A DNA stretch of 64,000 bases, taken from contig CM119263.1 of NCBI GenBank assembly GCA_051294375.1, forward strand, positions 9,664,432-9,728,431. Reading direction: 5' to 3'. The notes under the pieces were generated by a model. That model had not been told where the DNA came from, did not search any database, and saw only the letters and a list, made by a program, of their open reading frames with translations. Within the stretch, counting starts at the first letter, position 1. The number at the start of each line of letters is the position of its first letter. Shown piece after piece: positions 12,223-25,500 of this stretch. Origin of the DNA: Paraspadella gotoi. Lineage: Eukaryota; Animalia; Chaetognatha. Position numbers and translations under genes: made by a program.

Positions 12223-15018
12223 GGACGCTCGCTGAAAGTAGCAACGATAAGTGGCGTTGTTCTCGATTTTGATGTCGCACTCATCTTTCGCTTTCGATTT
12301 TAAAACTTTATATTTAATTAATTGAATTTGACTTATACTCAAAAATAGAATCTGAACTAGACCCAGAATTCGACTCAGACTTCGGCCTTAAACTTTCACT
12401 CAAACCTAATTACTGTCCGAAATAAACAGGTAAATTTATGCCGGAAACTCGGTCATCCAATTAAAAAAAAAACCCATGAGTGTAAAAATTAACTTCCCAA
12501 TTCCGGACCTTAGAAAAGAAACTAAAAACCTTTGCTCGAAAAGCGTCTGAACATTAATTTTCTTAGCGTAATATTTCAACAGAGGAGTTCGTTGATAATC
12601 ATAAAGGTTATATAAAGCGAACAATCTCGGAGTGTTTTTTCCGCTTTCATCGCAAACATATCTGTAAATTTGTGGCGTCGCGTCGGCCGAACCGGCGTCA
12701 TGTGTAACCACTTTCTTCGATTGGGACGACGACGACGACGACGACGTTGAGGAAGATGAAGATAAAAACGACGACGACGACGACGACGACGACGAGGAGT
12801 CTATTCGTCTGGAATGTCTTCGCAGTGAAAAAACTCAGATTCGCCGAAGATCGAATGACGCGCGCAAAAAAAAAGTTTAAATTGAAATAAAAAAAAACAA
12901 AAGTAAAAATTCAAAAAATAAAATATAAAAAGTTAATGGATATTTTTTTTTATCACTTAATACTTGAAAAGTAAATTCTAAAACCGACGAAACTCCAAAT
13001 ATAAATGGAATTGAAAAAAAAAATCCAGACGCTTCTCGCGAAACACTTATGGAAAATGAAACTGGGGACAGAACTTTTTCTGAGAAAGACGCTTTGTTGT
13101 CTAACAAGAAAATGAGTGGATTTTTAACTTTGGCGATTCAATTTTATGAACATTCTCAGTATGAATTTCCTTTTAAATTCGTCCATAGTTTTATTAAATT
13201 TTGTTTTAGTTTAATACATTTGAATGAAGTAAAATATATAAAACAACAAGAAAAAAATATGTGTTCCTAATTTTTTTTTTTAAAAAAGTAAGAGGAAAGA
13301 AAAAGAAAAGAGAAAAACGCCTGAGCGATAAAGGACCGCGACTCTTCGAAGTGTGACGGTTGATCTTTTGTCCTTTGCCCTTTTGTTTCGCTCCCCACGA
13401 TGGCAGCGCCACAAAAGGTGAAAGGAACCAAAGAAACCTTTTTTTTTACGCTTTTGTTCGATGCCAACGAAAAAAAATTTCCCAGCTTGTTTCATTTAAA
13501 AACGTTCATCTTTTTAATCTGCTTGCAATTCTATTGACGACGTTTCGTTTTTGTCTTTTTCGAAAATTTTATTTTGTGTCACCTCTTTTGCTGTTGTTTA
13601 TATGTTTTTTTTATTTTAAGTCATCGTTCTCTTCGTACTTAGTTTACTTCTCAGTGAGACTAGTTTATCAGTGGATTTACTGTTTACTGTTGTAACGTGT
13701 GAGCCGACGCGAATTCGTCTGCTCCGCGCATTTTCGTTAAAGAAAAAGAAAAAGATATCTTGGGGAAATTCTTTTATCTTATCCATCAAACATTTCGAAA
13801 ACCTTTCATTAAGAGCGAGAGCACCTTACCAAACAAGCCTGGTCAAAAATAGAAATAGAAATACGAACCCAGCTCACAAAAGAATCAAGAAAGAATAAAA
13901 AAAACACCGAATTTAAAAATAAAATAGATATTTGACGCGTGAATTCACTTTAAACAATTTTATTTTATATTTTTTTTATCGAAAAATGCAATAAGAAAAT
14001 CAACAACTCGTCCAGATTGTTCTCTGGTTAAAAGTTACGCAATCGTGATCATCATCCTCAGCGTCATCTCACAACCGATCCGGGTCGCTTCACCATCACT
14101 TCCTCCTCCTCCTCCTCCTCCTCCTCCTCCTCCATGGTGCTCCATGTGGTCTCTCCAGACTCCAGACGGGATCTCGATTTCACCGACCGAAGGATTTTCG
14201 AAAGCCTCGTCCTCCTCTCACTCCTTCGTCTCCTTCGCTTCTGAGTTTATCACTTCACTCTCAGCGCTCTGGATCACTTCACTCTGGACGATCTCGTCTC
14301 TCGGCTTCACTCTCCTCAGTCCTCACTTATTTCCCTCATTTCAATCACCCTGTCACTCGACTCTTACTTCCACATCTTGATATTATATTTTTAATCACAC
14401 TATTTGTTTACGTCATCATTGTTACTCTTTTTTCAACTCTTTGTCAAAAGCTCAACTATTCCGAATTAGTGTATCTATCCATTGCTTAATGTTTTGTTTC
14501 TTGATTTCAAAGCAATTGCTCTTTGTTCTTTCAACCATCTAAATGAACTCGCATTCTACTGTTCTCTTCTCATTTCTTTAAATCGCAGTTCTCACTTTGC
14601 TCTCACCGCATTTCGCTCTCTCCGCTTTTTCGATTCGTTGTCTTCCCTCACTTCACTTTTTTCGCTCTTATCTCTCCTTTCCCTCTCACCATTCACGAGG
14701 CTCAAGGAAAACTTTGACAGCTCGAGAAATCAATACTTGCGACAAAAGAAAAAAACAAAAGACACGATTTTTTTTTTAATTTTGTTTTTATTCTCGGAAT
14801 TATTTTGTTTATATCGACGTCCCCGCAGAATCACCGCCATTTTGACGCGGATCGAGTCTTAAAGTGAAATGGATATTCAATTACCGATTTTTATTTCGTA
14901 ATTCGTAAACAAACAAAAAAGCTTTCGGGCGATTTCAGCGCCTCTGACGACGGAAACTTTTATTTTGGGCCTGATCAAAGTGAACGGGGGCGGTAAAGAG
15001 AAAACGAGGGGAAGGGAG

Positions 15019-15061
<43 letters not shown>

Positions 15062-15190
15062 ACAAACATGGAAATTAGTCGACTTAGGAAGTCGGAAAGA
15101 AGAAAAATCACTTCATCCGGGAGAGCCGTTGATGTTGTCCGAGAAATAATGACAAAAATGGCAATCATAACATTATTTAATGACCAAGAT

Positions 15191-15238
<48 letters not shown>

Positions 15239-15554
15239 CGCTAATCTTCTCATTAAGCCAACGAGACGGGAACAACGCGCGAGAGAATAAACGTTGTTGA
15301 CGAAAACAAAAGATTTTTTTTCCTCGTCGAGACAGAAACTCTAATCCTTTTTTTTCTCTCTTCTTTTACTAATTCCTCGCATTTCTCTTATTCATTTCCA
15401 TTCCTTTTATTTATAATTATTTATTTCTTTTTATTTATTTTTATTTTTTCTGCCACGCAGATTCCGAAGAGAAAAAAAAATTTTCCCGGGTATCGGGGAA
15501 ATAATTCTCGAACAAACAGGAGAGGCGAAAGAAGGAAGGCAAGACTTTTTTTTT

Positions 15555-15628
<74 letters not shown>

Positions 15629-16054
15629 GACGCTTCCCGTTTCGCATCCTCACACTTATTTATGGCAACTTCCCTCTACCTTTTACGTTACTTAATTCTT
15701 AATCCATCCTTGGCTTCGGTCTTATCTTTCCTTTTCCCGGTGGATTTCTTTATCCTTTGTTCGTGTGAAATTATCTTGAGAACCTTTTACATCGGTTGTC
15801 CTACATTTTTAACCTGTACGTATCTCGGAGGCGTCAACCTTATCTTACACAACATCTTTTATTTAATTGTCCCGTATATCGGTAGCGATATTATTTTACA
15901 ATAATTCGTACCTCGTAATTAAAGTATCTTTCAATCGCAGTCCCACATTGAGGCTGATTAATTCTTTCCTATTTCTAACTTTTCTCCTTTTTCAAATCCG
16001 AACATGAATTCGATTTCGTCTCATTTTCCTCCTTTGATTTCGCCAGACGATGAA

Positions 16055-16419
16055 GACGACTTTACTATTCCTACGACGACGACGACGACGACAATGTTGA
16101 CGATGTAGACAACTTTACTATTCTACGACAACGACGACGACGACAATGTTGACGATGTAGACGACTTTACTATTCCTACGACAACGACGACAAAGACAAT
16201 GTTGACGATGTAGACGACTTTACTATTCCGACAACGACGACAACGACGACAATGTTGACGATGTAGACGACTTTACTATTCTACGACGACAATGTTGACG
16301 ATGTAGACAACTTTACTATTCCTACGACAACGACGAAGACGACAATGTTGACGATGTAGACGACTTTACTATTCCTATGACAACGACGACGACGACAATG
16401 TTGACGATGTAGACGACGT
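16055..16419. repeat. Minisatellite, ~7 copies of a ~45-55 bp unit
   Basis: Constant block ACAATGTTGACGATGTAGACGACTTTACTATT(C)CTACGAC separated by variable-length (GAC/AAC)n tracts. Confidence 0.95.
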
Positions 16420-16501
16420 CGGTGAAAAATACGAAGGTGATATAACCTCGCCTATTCGAATGACAAAACAACGAGAACGACAATGAAGTCGACGAGGAAA
16501 A

Positions 16502-16574
<73 letters not shown>

Positions 16575-16602
16575 CGACGACGACGCTGACGACGACGACG
16601 AC
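16502..16602. repeat. Compound (GAT)n-(GAC)n microsatellite
   Basis: Seen directly. Confidence 0.95.
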
Positions 16603-17129
16603 TACTTTAACGACTTGAATTGAGTATTTTCGCCACGTGACTTTTAGATGTCGTGATTTAATTCAAGAGCTGACACTGCGACGACGACGACGACGACGAC
16701 GATCATGGTGATGTCTCCGATTGAACGTCAAAAGGAACCTAACTTCACGGTCGTCGCCTTTTCATTTACGATCGTCGTCCTCTTCGTCGTCCTTTCAAAC
16801 TTCGTTGTCGTCGTCCTCCTTGTCGTCGTCGTCGTCGTCCTCTTCCTCCAAAACCGCCCTTTCCGAAAATCGTGTCGAGAGTTGAGGAAATCGGGTCATC
16901 CACTCTCGACTCCTGATGGAACCAAAGAATTCGCTTCTTAGTTGATGGAACCAAAAAAAATGCTAGGAGCTCCACTCTCGCGTTGGAAATTTCCGCGCGA
17001 AAAAAAAAACACATTGGCGAGACGACGACGACGACGGTGAAAACTGAGAGAGCGAAAGTCGTGATCGATGCTCCTCGCCTCCAAACCCAATTACTCTGCG
17101 CCTCACATCACACTCACTCTCATCCTCTC

Positions 17130-17205
<76 letters not shown>

Positions 17206-18371
17206 TTTACTCTCTTACTCCACTATCCGCACGCGTCCAGAATATTTTATTAAAAAAAAAATCACGACCCTCAACATTATTCAATAATTACCGCACTACA
17301 AATTTTATATCGTAATGTAAATATGAAAACAAATTCAACTGTTAAAGATGGTAAAAAGCCCAATGATGTCACCTGAGTATAAATGAGACATTTTGTATCG
17401 CAAGTTACTAACAGATTTTGTCATAAAAATATAAGTCGGTTTCCTACCAAAAAAATTGTTTTTCCTTTTGTTTCGACCCGAAATCTTTTCACCAAATCTT
17501 GGAATTTCACGCGGAGCCGTGACTTCACATTCGGTCGATTCACTGGAATTACTCGCTCTTTTTCGAAAGAATTGCGGAGCTTGGCATTTACGCCGTAGAC
17601 TGCGACTGACTGCTGGAAATCACTGGAATATTCACTGGATTCTCACGCTTCTGATTTAAGAATCACTTAAAGTTTTTTTTTTCGGATTTTGAATGCGGTT
17701 GAAAACTCGAACGACAGACGTCGCGGGGAAGTTTGATTGATTGACTCTTTTTTTTTTTTTTTTTTTTTGCGTTTTTATTTCGACTTATTGCAAACATGAG
17801 GGAGTTGCATTGACCTTTTAAAGTTCCTTCATCCTTCCCTCGCGGAAAATCTACTTCTCGTATTCTTTTCAATTTATTTCCAAATTCAACTTTACTCCAA
17901 GTTTTGGGAGGAGAGTTCGATTTTTCTTAGTTCACCCTCCTTCACTTTCCAATTCCACGCAACTCCGTCACTTAACAACTGACGTGTCTCAATCGAATAT
18001 TTTTTTTAACGCTAAACTATCCGAATATATCGATACCATATGAGCGTCTTTTTTGTTTTACCTGTCCTCTCTTCTCTGGATGAACTTTGGTCTTGTCTTT
18101 CATCACTGACTCGTCCATTCCTATGTCGTCATTAGTCGCCACTGTTTCCTCATTCATCGATTTTCTTTTCTTTTCCAAATTCGAAAATTCCTTTTTTTCT
18201 GCTCTAAAATCCTGTAAACTACCGGTCAATCGTCCGGTTTTTTTTGTGCCGCCTTTGTTCTTAAGTATTGTATTACTGATAAAATTTACATAAAAGAATA
18301 GTAATTTATTCTTGATAATTTATTTCTTTTTTTTCCTCTTGAACTATTCTTTTTTCCGTTTCCTTCATCAA

Positions 18372-18421
<50 letters not shown>

Positions 18422-18905
18422 CTTCTCTTCCCCCATTTTCTAAGCCTTTCACAATCTGTCTTTATTCGGTCCTCCGTTCTCTTTGCGGGGGTCAGACCTT
18501 CGCGGGGTTCAAATCGCCACGGGGTTCTCCACACAGATTCGTAGCGCCATTGCACCATAGCGAAGCATCGAGGCACTGAATTCCCCAACCTCGATGGTGC
18601 GAAATAAACGCAGAACGAACGAGATAAAAAATTTTAAAAAGAAGATTAAAAAAAACGAGAAGAGAAAAAAAAGAAGAAGAAAAAAGACTGAAGGGAAATC
18701 TTTATCCGCTCTTCATGGTCTGGTCCTTCACTCCCCCCCGTCGCTCCTCCTCTCCCCCTTCCCCTCTTTTTTTTTTTTTTCTTCTTCTTTCCTGATATAA
18801 ATCCCGATCGAAGACTTTTTTATTCCTTGAAATATTTTGCCCGCACTCCATTTTTTTTGTACGTGATTAAAAAATATCTCCCTCCTCTCTCTCTCTTCTC
18901 TCTCT

Positions 18906-18936
<31 letters not shown>

Positions 18937-18939
18937 CTT

Positions 18940-19468
18940 CTCTTTTCAACTAAAATTTGAATTCATTCTCTCTCTCTCGCTTTCTTCTCTTTTTCAACTA
19001 AAATTTGGATTCATTCTCTTTCTCTCTCGCTTCTCTTCTCTTTTTCAACTAAAATTTGATTCATTCTCTTTCTCTCTCGCTTTCTTCTCTTTTTCAACTT
19101 AAATTGAGATTCATTCTCTCTCTCTCTCGCCTTCTTCTCTTTTCAACTAAAATTTGGATTCATTCTCTTCTCTCTCTCGCTTTCTTCTCTTTTCAACTAA
19201 AATTTGGATTCATTCTCTCCTCCTCTCGCTTTCTTCTCTTTTTTAACTAAAATTTGGATTCATTCTCTTTCTCTCTCGCTTTCCTTCTCTTTTTCAACTA
19301 AAATTTGAATTCATTCTCTCTCTCTCTCACTTTCTTCTCTTATTCAACTAAAATTTGAATTCATTCTCTCTCTCTCTCGCTTTCTTTACTTTTTCAACTA
19401 AAATTTGGATTCATTCTCTCTCTCTCTCTCGCTTTCTTCTCTTTTTCAACTAAAATTTGGATTCATTC
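18940..19468. repeat. Minisatellite, ~11 copies of a ~50 bp unit
   Basis: Constant block TTTTCAACTAAAATTTGGATTCATTCTC followed by a variable (TC)n-CGCTTTCTTCTC segment. Confidence 0.95.
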
Positions 19469-19946
19469 GCTGTTTCTTTTGGCAAAAAAAAAAAATAACG
19501 GCGGGGAATCTGCGAATTTTCTGGACGACAATAAGATAAACAAAAGACGAAAGGAGAAAAAGTTATGAACCCATTAATGTATTTTTCCACGAAAAAATAA
19601 TAAACACACTTGTTACTCGAAGAAAAAAAACTCGTATAAATTTCGGCTCAGGAATAAAAAAAAAACGTAAATGATCAAAAAACTAAAAATTGAGTGAGAG
19701 AGGCTGTTTTATTCACTTCAACTTTTCAAGAATCGCCGCTCTGACTCTCAAATCTCAAAACGTATTTGTATCACTTTCCAAATAAAAAAAAAAAACAAAA
19801 CAAAACGAAAAAAAAACATCGGTTTATTTATTACTTAACGACACAGTTAATTTTTTTCTTCGTCTATGAAAAAACTTTTAAAAAATTTAACGAGTTTGGT
19901 TTCTCTCGACAACACTCGCTCTCAATTTCCTCGACCGATAAAGCAG

Positions 19947-20004
<58 letters not shown>

Positions 20005-21973
20005 AACTAATAACAACCAAAACTTCATGATTAATCTTTTGACAAAAACAAAAGGCCAACTTTGTCCTTTGGCCGTCCTCGTTCAAACATTGAAACAGCG
20101 TTGTGACACGCGGGTCAAGAATTACCTGGGGCAAAAAGAATCACCTGTGAGAAGTTTAGCTTGTGAGATGATTGGACTGTGGGATGATTGGCTGTTGAGA
20201 AGGTGGGGTTAGTCCTGTAAAAAAGTGCATGGCTAGTGAAATTATTGACCGGTAAAAAGGTACTCGGCCTGTTAAGTGATGAGTCCTCTGAAAAGAAAAC
20301 CTGTGAAGATATATTTTAAAGAAGAATCTTTTGTGTATTCACAGATTTAAGAAGATTATTCACCGGGATCAAAATGAAAGATTCACTCCTCAGAATAAGG
20401 TGAGCCGAGTTAAGGAAGGTGAGGTCAGCCTTAATTCCGGGTGAGTCTTATCTCTTGAGGTCGACTCTTTTAATCTAAAGATTCTTAAGATCGAGACAAG
20501 AATTCGTAAAGCGCGACCCGGGAAGGTGACGGTGATCGGAACGGTGATCGGACCTTTGTTTAGAAAGTTTAGTCTGTACCAGACTTCGTGATAAGAATGG
20601 TGATTTGGAGATTCTGGTATAGTGAAAAAAGTTAGAAAGACGATGATGTTTATTTTTTTAAAGACATGATTAAAAGCGAGACCATTAGGTGATTAAGTCG
20701 GTCATTGGAAAGTGATTAAGAAAGTGGTTAAGGCACTAACTACGTCGATATATTACTCTCCGTGATTAAGACGGTGATGGAAAAGGTGATTCACTCGCGA
20801 ACTCCCGCGGAACTCGACGAGCAACGCTGAGCAGAATTTCGGTTTGGGGTCGTCGCGACTCGATTCCGGGTGATTCGAGTCACTGTGAGATTCGGAGGAG
20901 ATGATTATTCACTGTGTGATCGAGAGATCGTCAATTAGGCGAAGACTCCATCTCGGTCGGAATTAAAGACACAAGATGAGACGCGATGTCGGAGCGAAAG
21001 TTCGACCCCGCGAGAGTCACACACTCAAGGTTAAACTATGAGAATCACAGTTGGTTCTGCTCGGTTCACAACTTCACAGTGGGACTGAGACTCAAAACTA
21101 AGTCACCGACGAAAAGCGATTCACAAAATCCGAAGGAAAAAAGTGGAAACATTTTCGGTGCAGCGGGGGAACGACGATCAGAGGGACGATCGCAGGGACG
21201 ACGAGAGGAACGACGATCGGTGAAACAACTTTCACCAAAAAAAAGTGAGACCATCGAGAAAAATTGTTCACAGACGCGTCTCGTTTGGCCGCGAAAGAAA
21301 AAAAAGTTTCTGGAGACATATGTTGCTAATATGTTATTTTTTAAACGAATAATTCTCTTCACTCTCAAGGTCCACTATTCTATATAGTAAATATAGTAAA
21401 TAGAAATATAAATAAATACATATAAGTAAATATAAATATAGTAAATGTAGTAACTGATTTTATTTTTATTCATTCTTCTTGAAACTAAGTTTTATACAGG
21501 TTAAAGAAGAATTTATGATTACTAATTTCTAATGAATGGAGTCACTTGTAAATATTTGCTTTGTCAAAAACCTTTTTTAGCAAAATTGACTCATTGTCTA
21601 ATCGATTGTTTTGTTAACATTTGATTAGATTCGCCTTCGCGATCTTCAATCTTTGTCGAGACTACAAAGAAAACTGTTTCCTCTCTCCAAATTATCGGCT
21701 TCAACATTAAAAATGTGCTTTGCCTTTGGGTGAACTTGAACTTTCAAAACATCTCAACTTTAGAAAAATTTCAAGTTTCGTAACATATTAATATGTATGT
21801 ACTATGTATTATGAAATTCTTCATCACATTCTCCTTCAACAGACGTGACGACGACCACACGCAGGCTCCGGTGGCCACAACAAATCTCCCTTCGTCTTAA
21901 ATGTCTCCTAATCTTTCGACGCGATACTTGAGAGAGAGAGAGGCGCCCGCGTGTTTGTCGCCGATCCCTCACG

Positions 21974-22069
<96 letters not shown>

Positions 22070-22390
22070 TCTGAACTCACCCGCACCGTGTTATCGAACT
22101 AACTTTAAAAAAAAAGCGACCAAATAAAATCATTTCCTCGTTAATTTATTTTCTCTCTTTTCTCTTCTCTCCTTTTTGTTTTAATCAATTCCTTTTTCCG
22201 TCTCATTCTTAATTCCTCCCTCTCTCACACTTTCTTTTTTCGCCTTTCTTTCCCCCCCCCCTTCTCCGTCTCCCACTTTCGTTTTCCTCCTTTTTAAAAT
22301 TTCCGCCTCAATTTTCTTTGTTTAGTGAATCGAAGTTAAAAAGAAAAAAATAAGATGAAGTAGGATTTTCTTCTTCGAAAGGAAAATAAA

Positions 22391-22527
22391 ATGGAAGACG
22401 AAGAGACAAACTGTGTTGATCCGTTGATCCGTCGGGATTCATTTCGCGGACTTGACGGCGACACCGACCGACAAGTCGGCCGCTGCGTCGGTAAAACCAG
22501 CTGCGTTGCCGGCAACGGCAGCTGCGA

Positions 22528-22568
<41 letters not shown>

Positions 22569-25500
22569 ACAGCGTTTTCGGCTGGGTTAGCGAAGATCAG
22601 CGCCGATTACCCAGCCGCGGTGCATACGGGTACAACGCCAATACTTTCCTTTTCGAAGGCGTCTTCAACGTCGACAGGGCCGGCGTCAACGCAATCATTG
22701 ACGGTTGTGTCGGCTGCGGCGGTGTCGGCTGCGGCTGCGGCGGTATCGGCTGCGGCGCCAGCGGGGATTTTGAGTCCGGATTAAGTTCTTTGCGATTTCG
22801 TCGAATCGAAACAAAATTTGGTTTCGAATTCGAAGAAAAATCCGATCGATCAACAAAGGCGTCGGCGATGGCTGAGACTCGGACGGCGAAATCCTCGAGT
22901 CGAGCTTGGATGGCAACGTCTGGGACGGCAACGTCCTTGACGGCAAAGTCTTGGATGGCAAAGATCTCGTCGTCAGAAACTTGGGCCCAGTCTTCGACGA
23001 CCAAATCTTCGACGTCGAAAAATCGACGACGTTATAAACTCAGAAGGTCGCCGACGATAAAAGACGTTGGGCGGTCGTTATCGTCTACCCGACGCCCCTC
23101 TAGTCGCAAAAGTGATTCTAAAGCTTACCTTTCTTTCCTCACCTCTCTGTTTTTCGCGCTTCTCTGCGTTGGACTCACCTCTTCGTCGTCGTTATCGTCG
23201 TCGTCATCGTCTTCATCGACTTTCTTAAAATCTCATTTCCTCCAAGACTTTCGGACGAAGTTTCTGGACTCCGAATCTTCAAGCGTCTTAAATATAGAAA
23301 GCGAGGATCTTCGTCGTCATCGTCGTCGTCGTCGTCGTCATCCTCGAACTCGATCGCTCGATCCCCGCTTAAGCGCCGACCTCGCTTTTTCCCACCTTCA
23401 ACAAAGCGCCCGCTTCCCTACGCCTCGTCGTCGAACCGATCCTTACCTTCCCGCTTCTCGCCTCACCCGATCCTCTCACCTTCCCACCCTCTCCGGTCAT
23501 CGACGCCGCCTCCCCGCCCAGCGTCCACGTCGCTCCTCGATCGCCGGCGTGCCCTCGGCGCCGGATCTGACTTCCGGTTTGACGTCGATCTCCGTTTCCG
23601 GATCGCAGGTGGCGCCGCGATCGACGGCGCCGACGTTCGTCAATCAGGCGGCGGTGATCGGCGAGGACGTGTCTGTCGAGTGTCCGCTGAACAATCCCAT
23701 CGCTTGGATGAAAGATGGTGAGTCTGGGAGGTGGAGGGGCAAATTCTATTAGTCACTGGTCGGTCCGTCGGTCGGTCGGTCTGTCTATCTGTCTGACGGT
23801 CCGTTCCACTAACATTTTAAATTAAAATGCTCATAACTGGGATAAGGTGAGGTAAGGTACCATGAGACCTTTATCATACTAGTACAGTCAAGTAATAAAA
23901 TAAAAAAACGATAACATCATTGTCCTATTTCATTGATCAAGCATCTTTTTTTTAGGATAATTACTATTTAATGGGAGTCGGTTGACTTGGCTTGAGATTC
24001 CAAGATCGTCATTTATTTTCCCCTTGTTTAGCTCTTCTTTTTGTTAGGTTCGTTTTGTTTTGTTTTCGTTTAGATAATCGATTTATACTTAACGGTTAAC
24101 CTAATAACAAGGATCATCTCTCAAATTGACCTCCGCCCGGCGAGTGTCCCGTTCCATCGGCCAGATGGTAGAGATGAGAGATCGACTAAAAACCTTTTAT
24201 GGGTCAACAGAGGCGAATCGATTTTGTCGTCTGTCGTCGCTATTTTGTCTTTTCGGCCTCACTCACCGCGCCACCCGACCGCGCCACCCGACCGCGCCAC
24301 CCGACCGCGCCACCCGACCGCGTCACCCGACCGCGTCACCCGACGGCGTCATTCGACCGCGTCACCGATCGCGCCACGGACTCCGTCACCCCGTCGTCTC
24401 TTTCGCCTCGACGGAAACGAGACCCTGAAATTTGACGCGTCAGCCATATTTCGTCGTCGTTCATTTCGACGTCGTCGTATCTCGCGTCCGTGACGTTTAC
24501 GTTTGGTCGGAATTATCGGAAACGGATCGAGTTTTGGCGCGAGAGAGATAAACATTAAACGAAAATGGGGAGGGGGGGGGAAAGGGGCCGAGAGAAACGC
24601 CCGGTTTTAACGAGCCCGGTTCTAAGAAAACATGGACATTGTAGAAAAAGGAAAACATTTTCAAACTTTTTTTCAAATTTCGGAAATTTTCAGACGATGC
24701 GTGCGTTACTTATGATAAAATTAAAAGATAATTTTTTTGATAAAATTGAGCTCGAGATGAAATGTTATCAAGAATAACAAATAAACAATTTTTTTTTTTC
24801 ATAAAGGTTATCGGTAAAACTTCGATTGGTTAAAAATGCTTGCTTTTCTTGTTTACGTTACTTCTTTTTTTTCGGGTGGATTAAAATTTTATGAAAATTC
24901 GATACTTGAAACCACGGATGGGGATCGTTATTTTTTTCATTACGGTTTCGGGCACCTTACTAAAATTCGATTCGATTATTAAATTCAGATGTTAATTTCT
25001 TGGAATGTGTTTTATGCCGACGAACAAAAAAATGAAAATTGCAAAATTACTTGTTTCACTATCTTTATTTATTTTTTTATTTTTTTATTTTTATTTATTT
25101 ATTTTTTATTTTTTTATTTAAATAACTATTATTTACGATTTTATTTACTTGTTAAAATATTTTTGTATTAAATATTTTTCAGAAGACGATTATCGGCTGT
25201 AAAGTTATTAATCGCTAGTAAACCAATCTCCCCCCCCCCAACCAGACGGGACCATCCTCTACATGGAAAACATCAAAATGTACAACGACGACGAATACGG
25301 CGCCGCCAAGTTCCAGTTGTCCTCGAGTCAGGATCTGCGCCACTACCAACTCACCATCCGCGCCGTCGACTTTCACGACGCCGGTCCGTACGTCTGTCAG
25401 AACCACGGCGGACAGAAGGCCAAGGCCGCAGTGACGGTGAGGATTGAAATGTTGGGCCAGTTTGAAACGGTCAACCAGTAGTAAGTGTTGCAATTTGTTA

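Noticed and set aside
12123-12312. 90-bp direct duplication
   Set aside because: The two copies abut a 10-N gap exactly and differ at about 3 positions, typical of unmerged contig or haplotype overlap.
14045-14380. Poly-Pro ORF on plus, and several in-frame TGA on minus (selenoprotein or readthrough idea)
   Set aside because: Explained by a (CCT)n microsatellite and TCA-rich low complexity. No splice context, SECIS or recognisable domain.
16055-16419. CRISPR-like repeat/spacer appearance
   Set aside because: The spacers are just (GAC/AAC)n of variable length, there are no cas genes, and the context is eukaryotic.
18940-19468. CRISPR-like array with a ~28-bp constant repeat
   Set aside because: The intervening segments are near-identical (TC)n tracts, not unique spacers.
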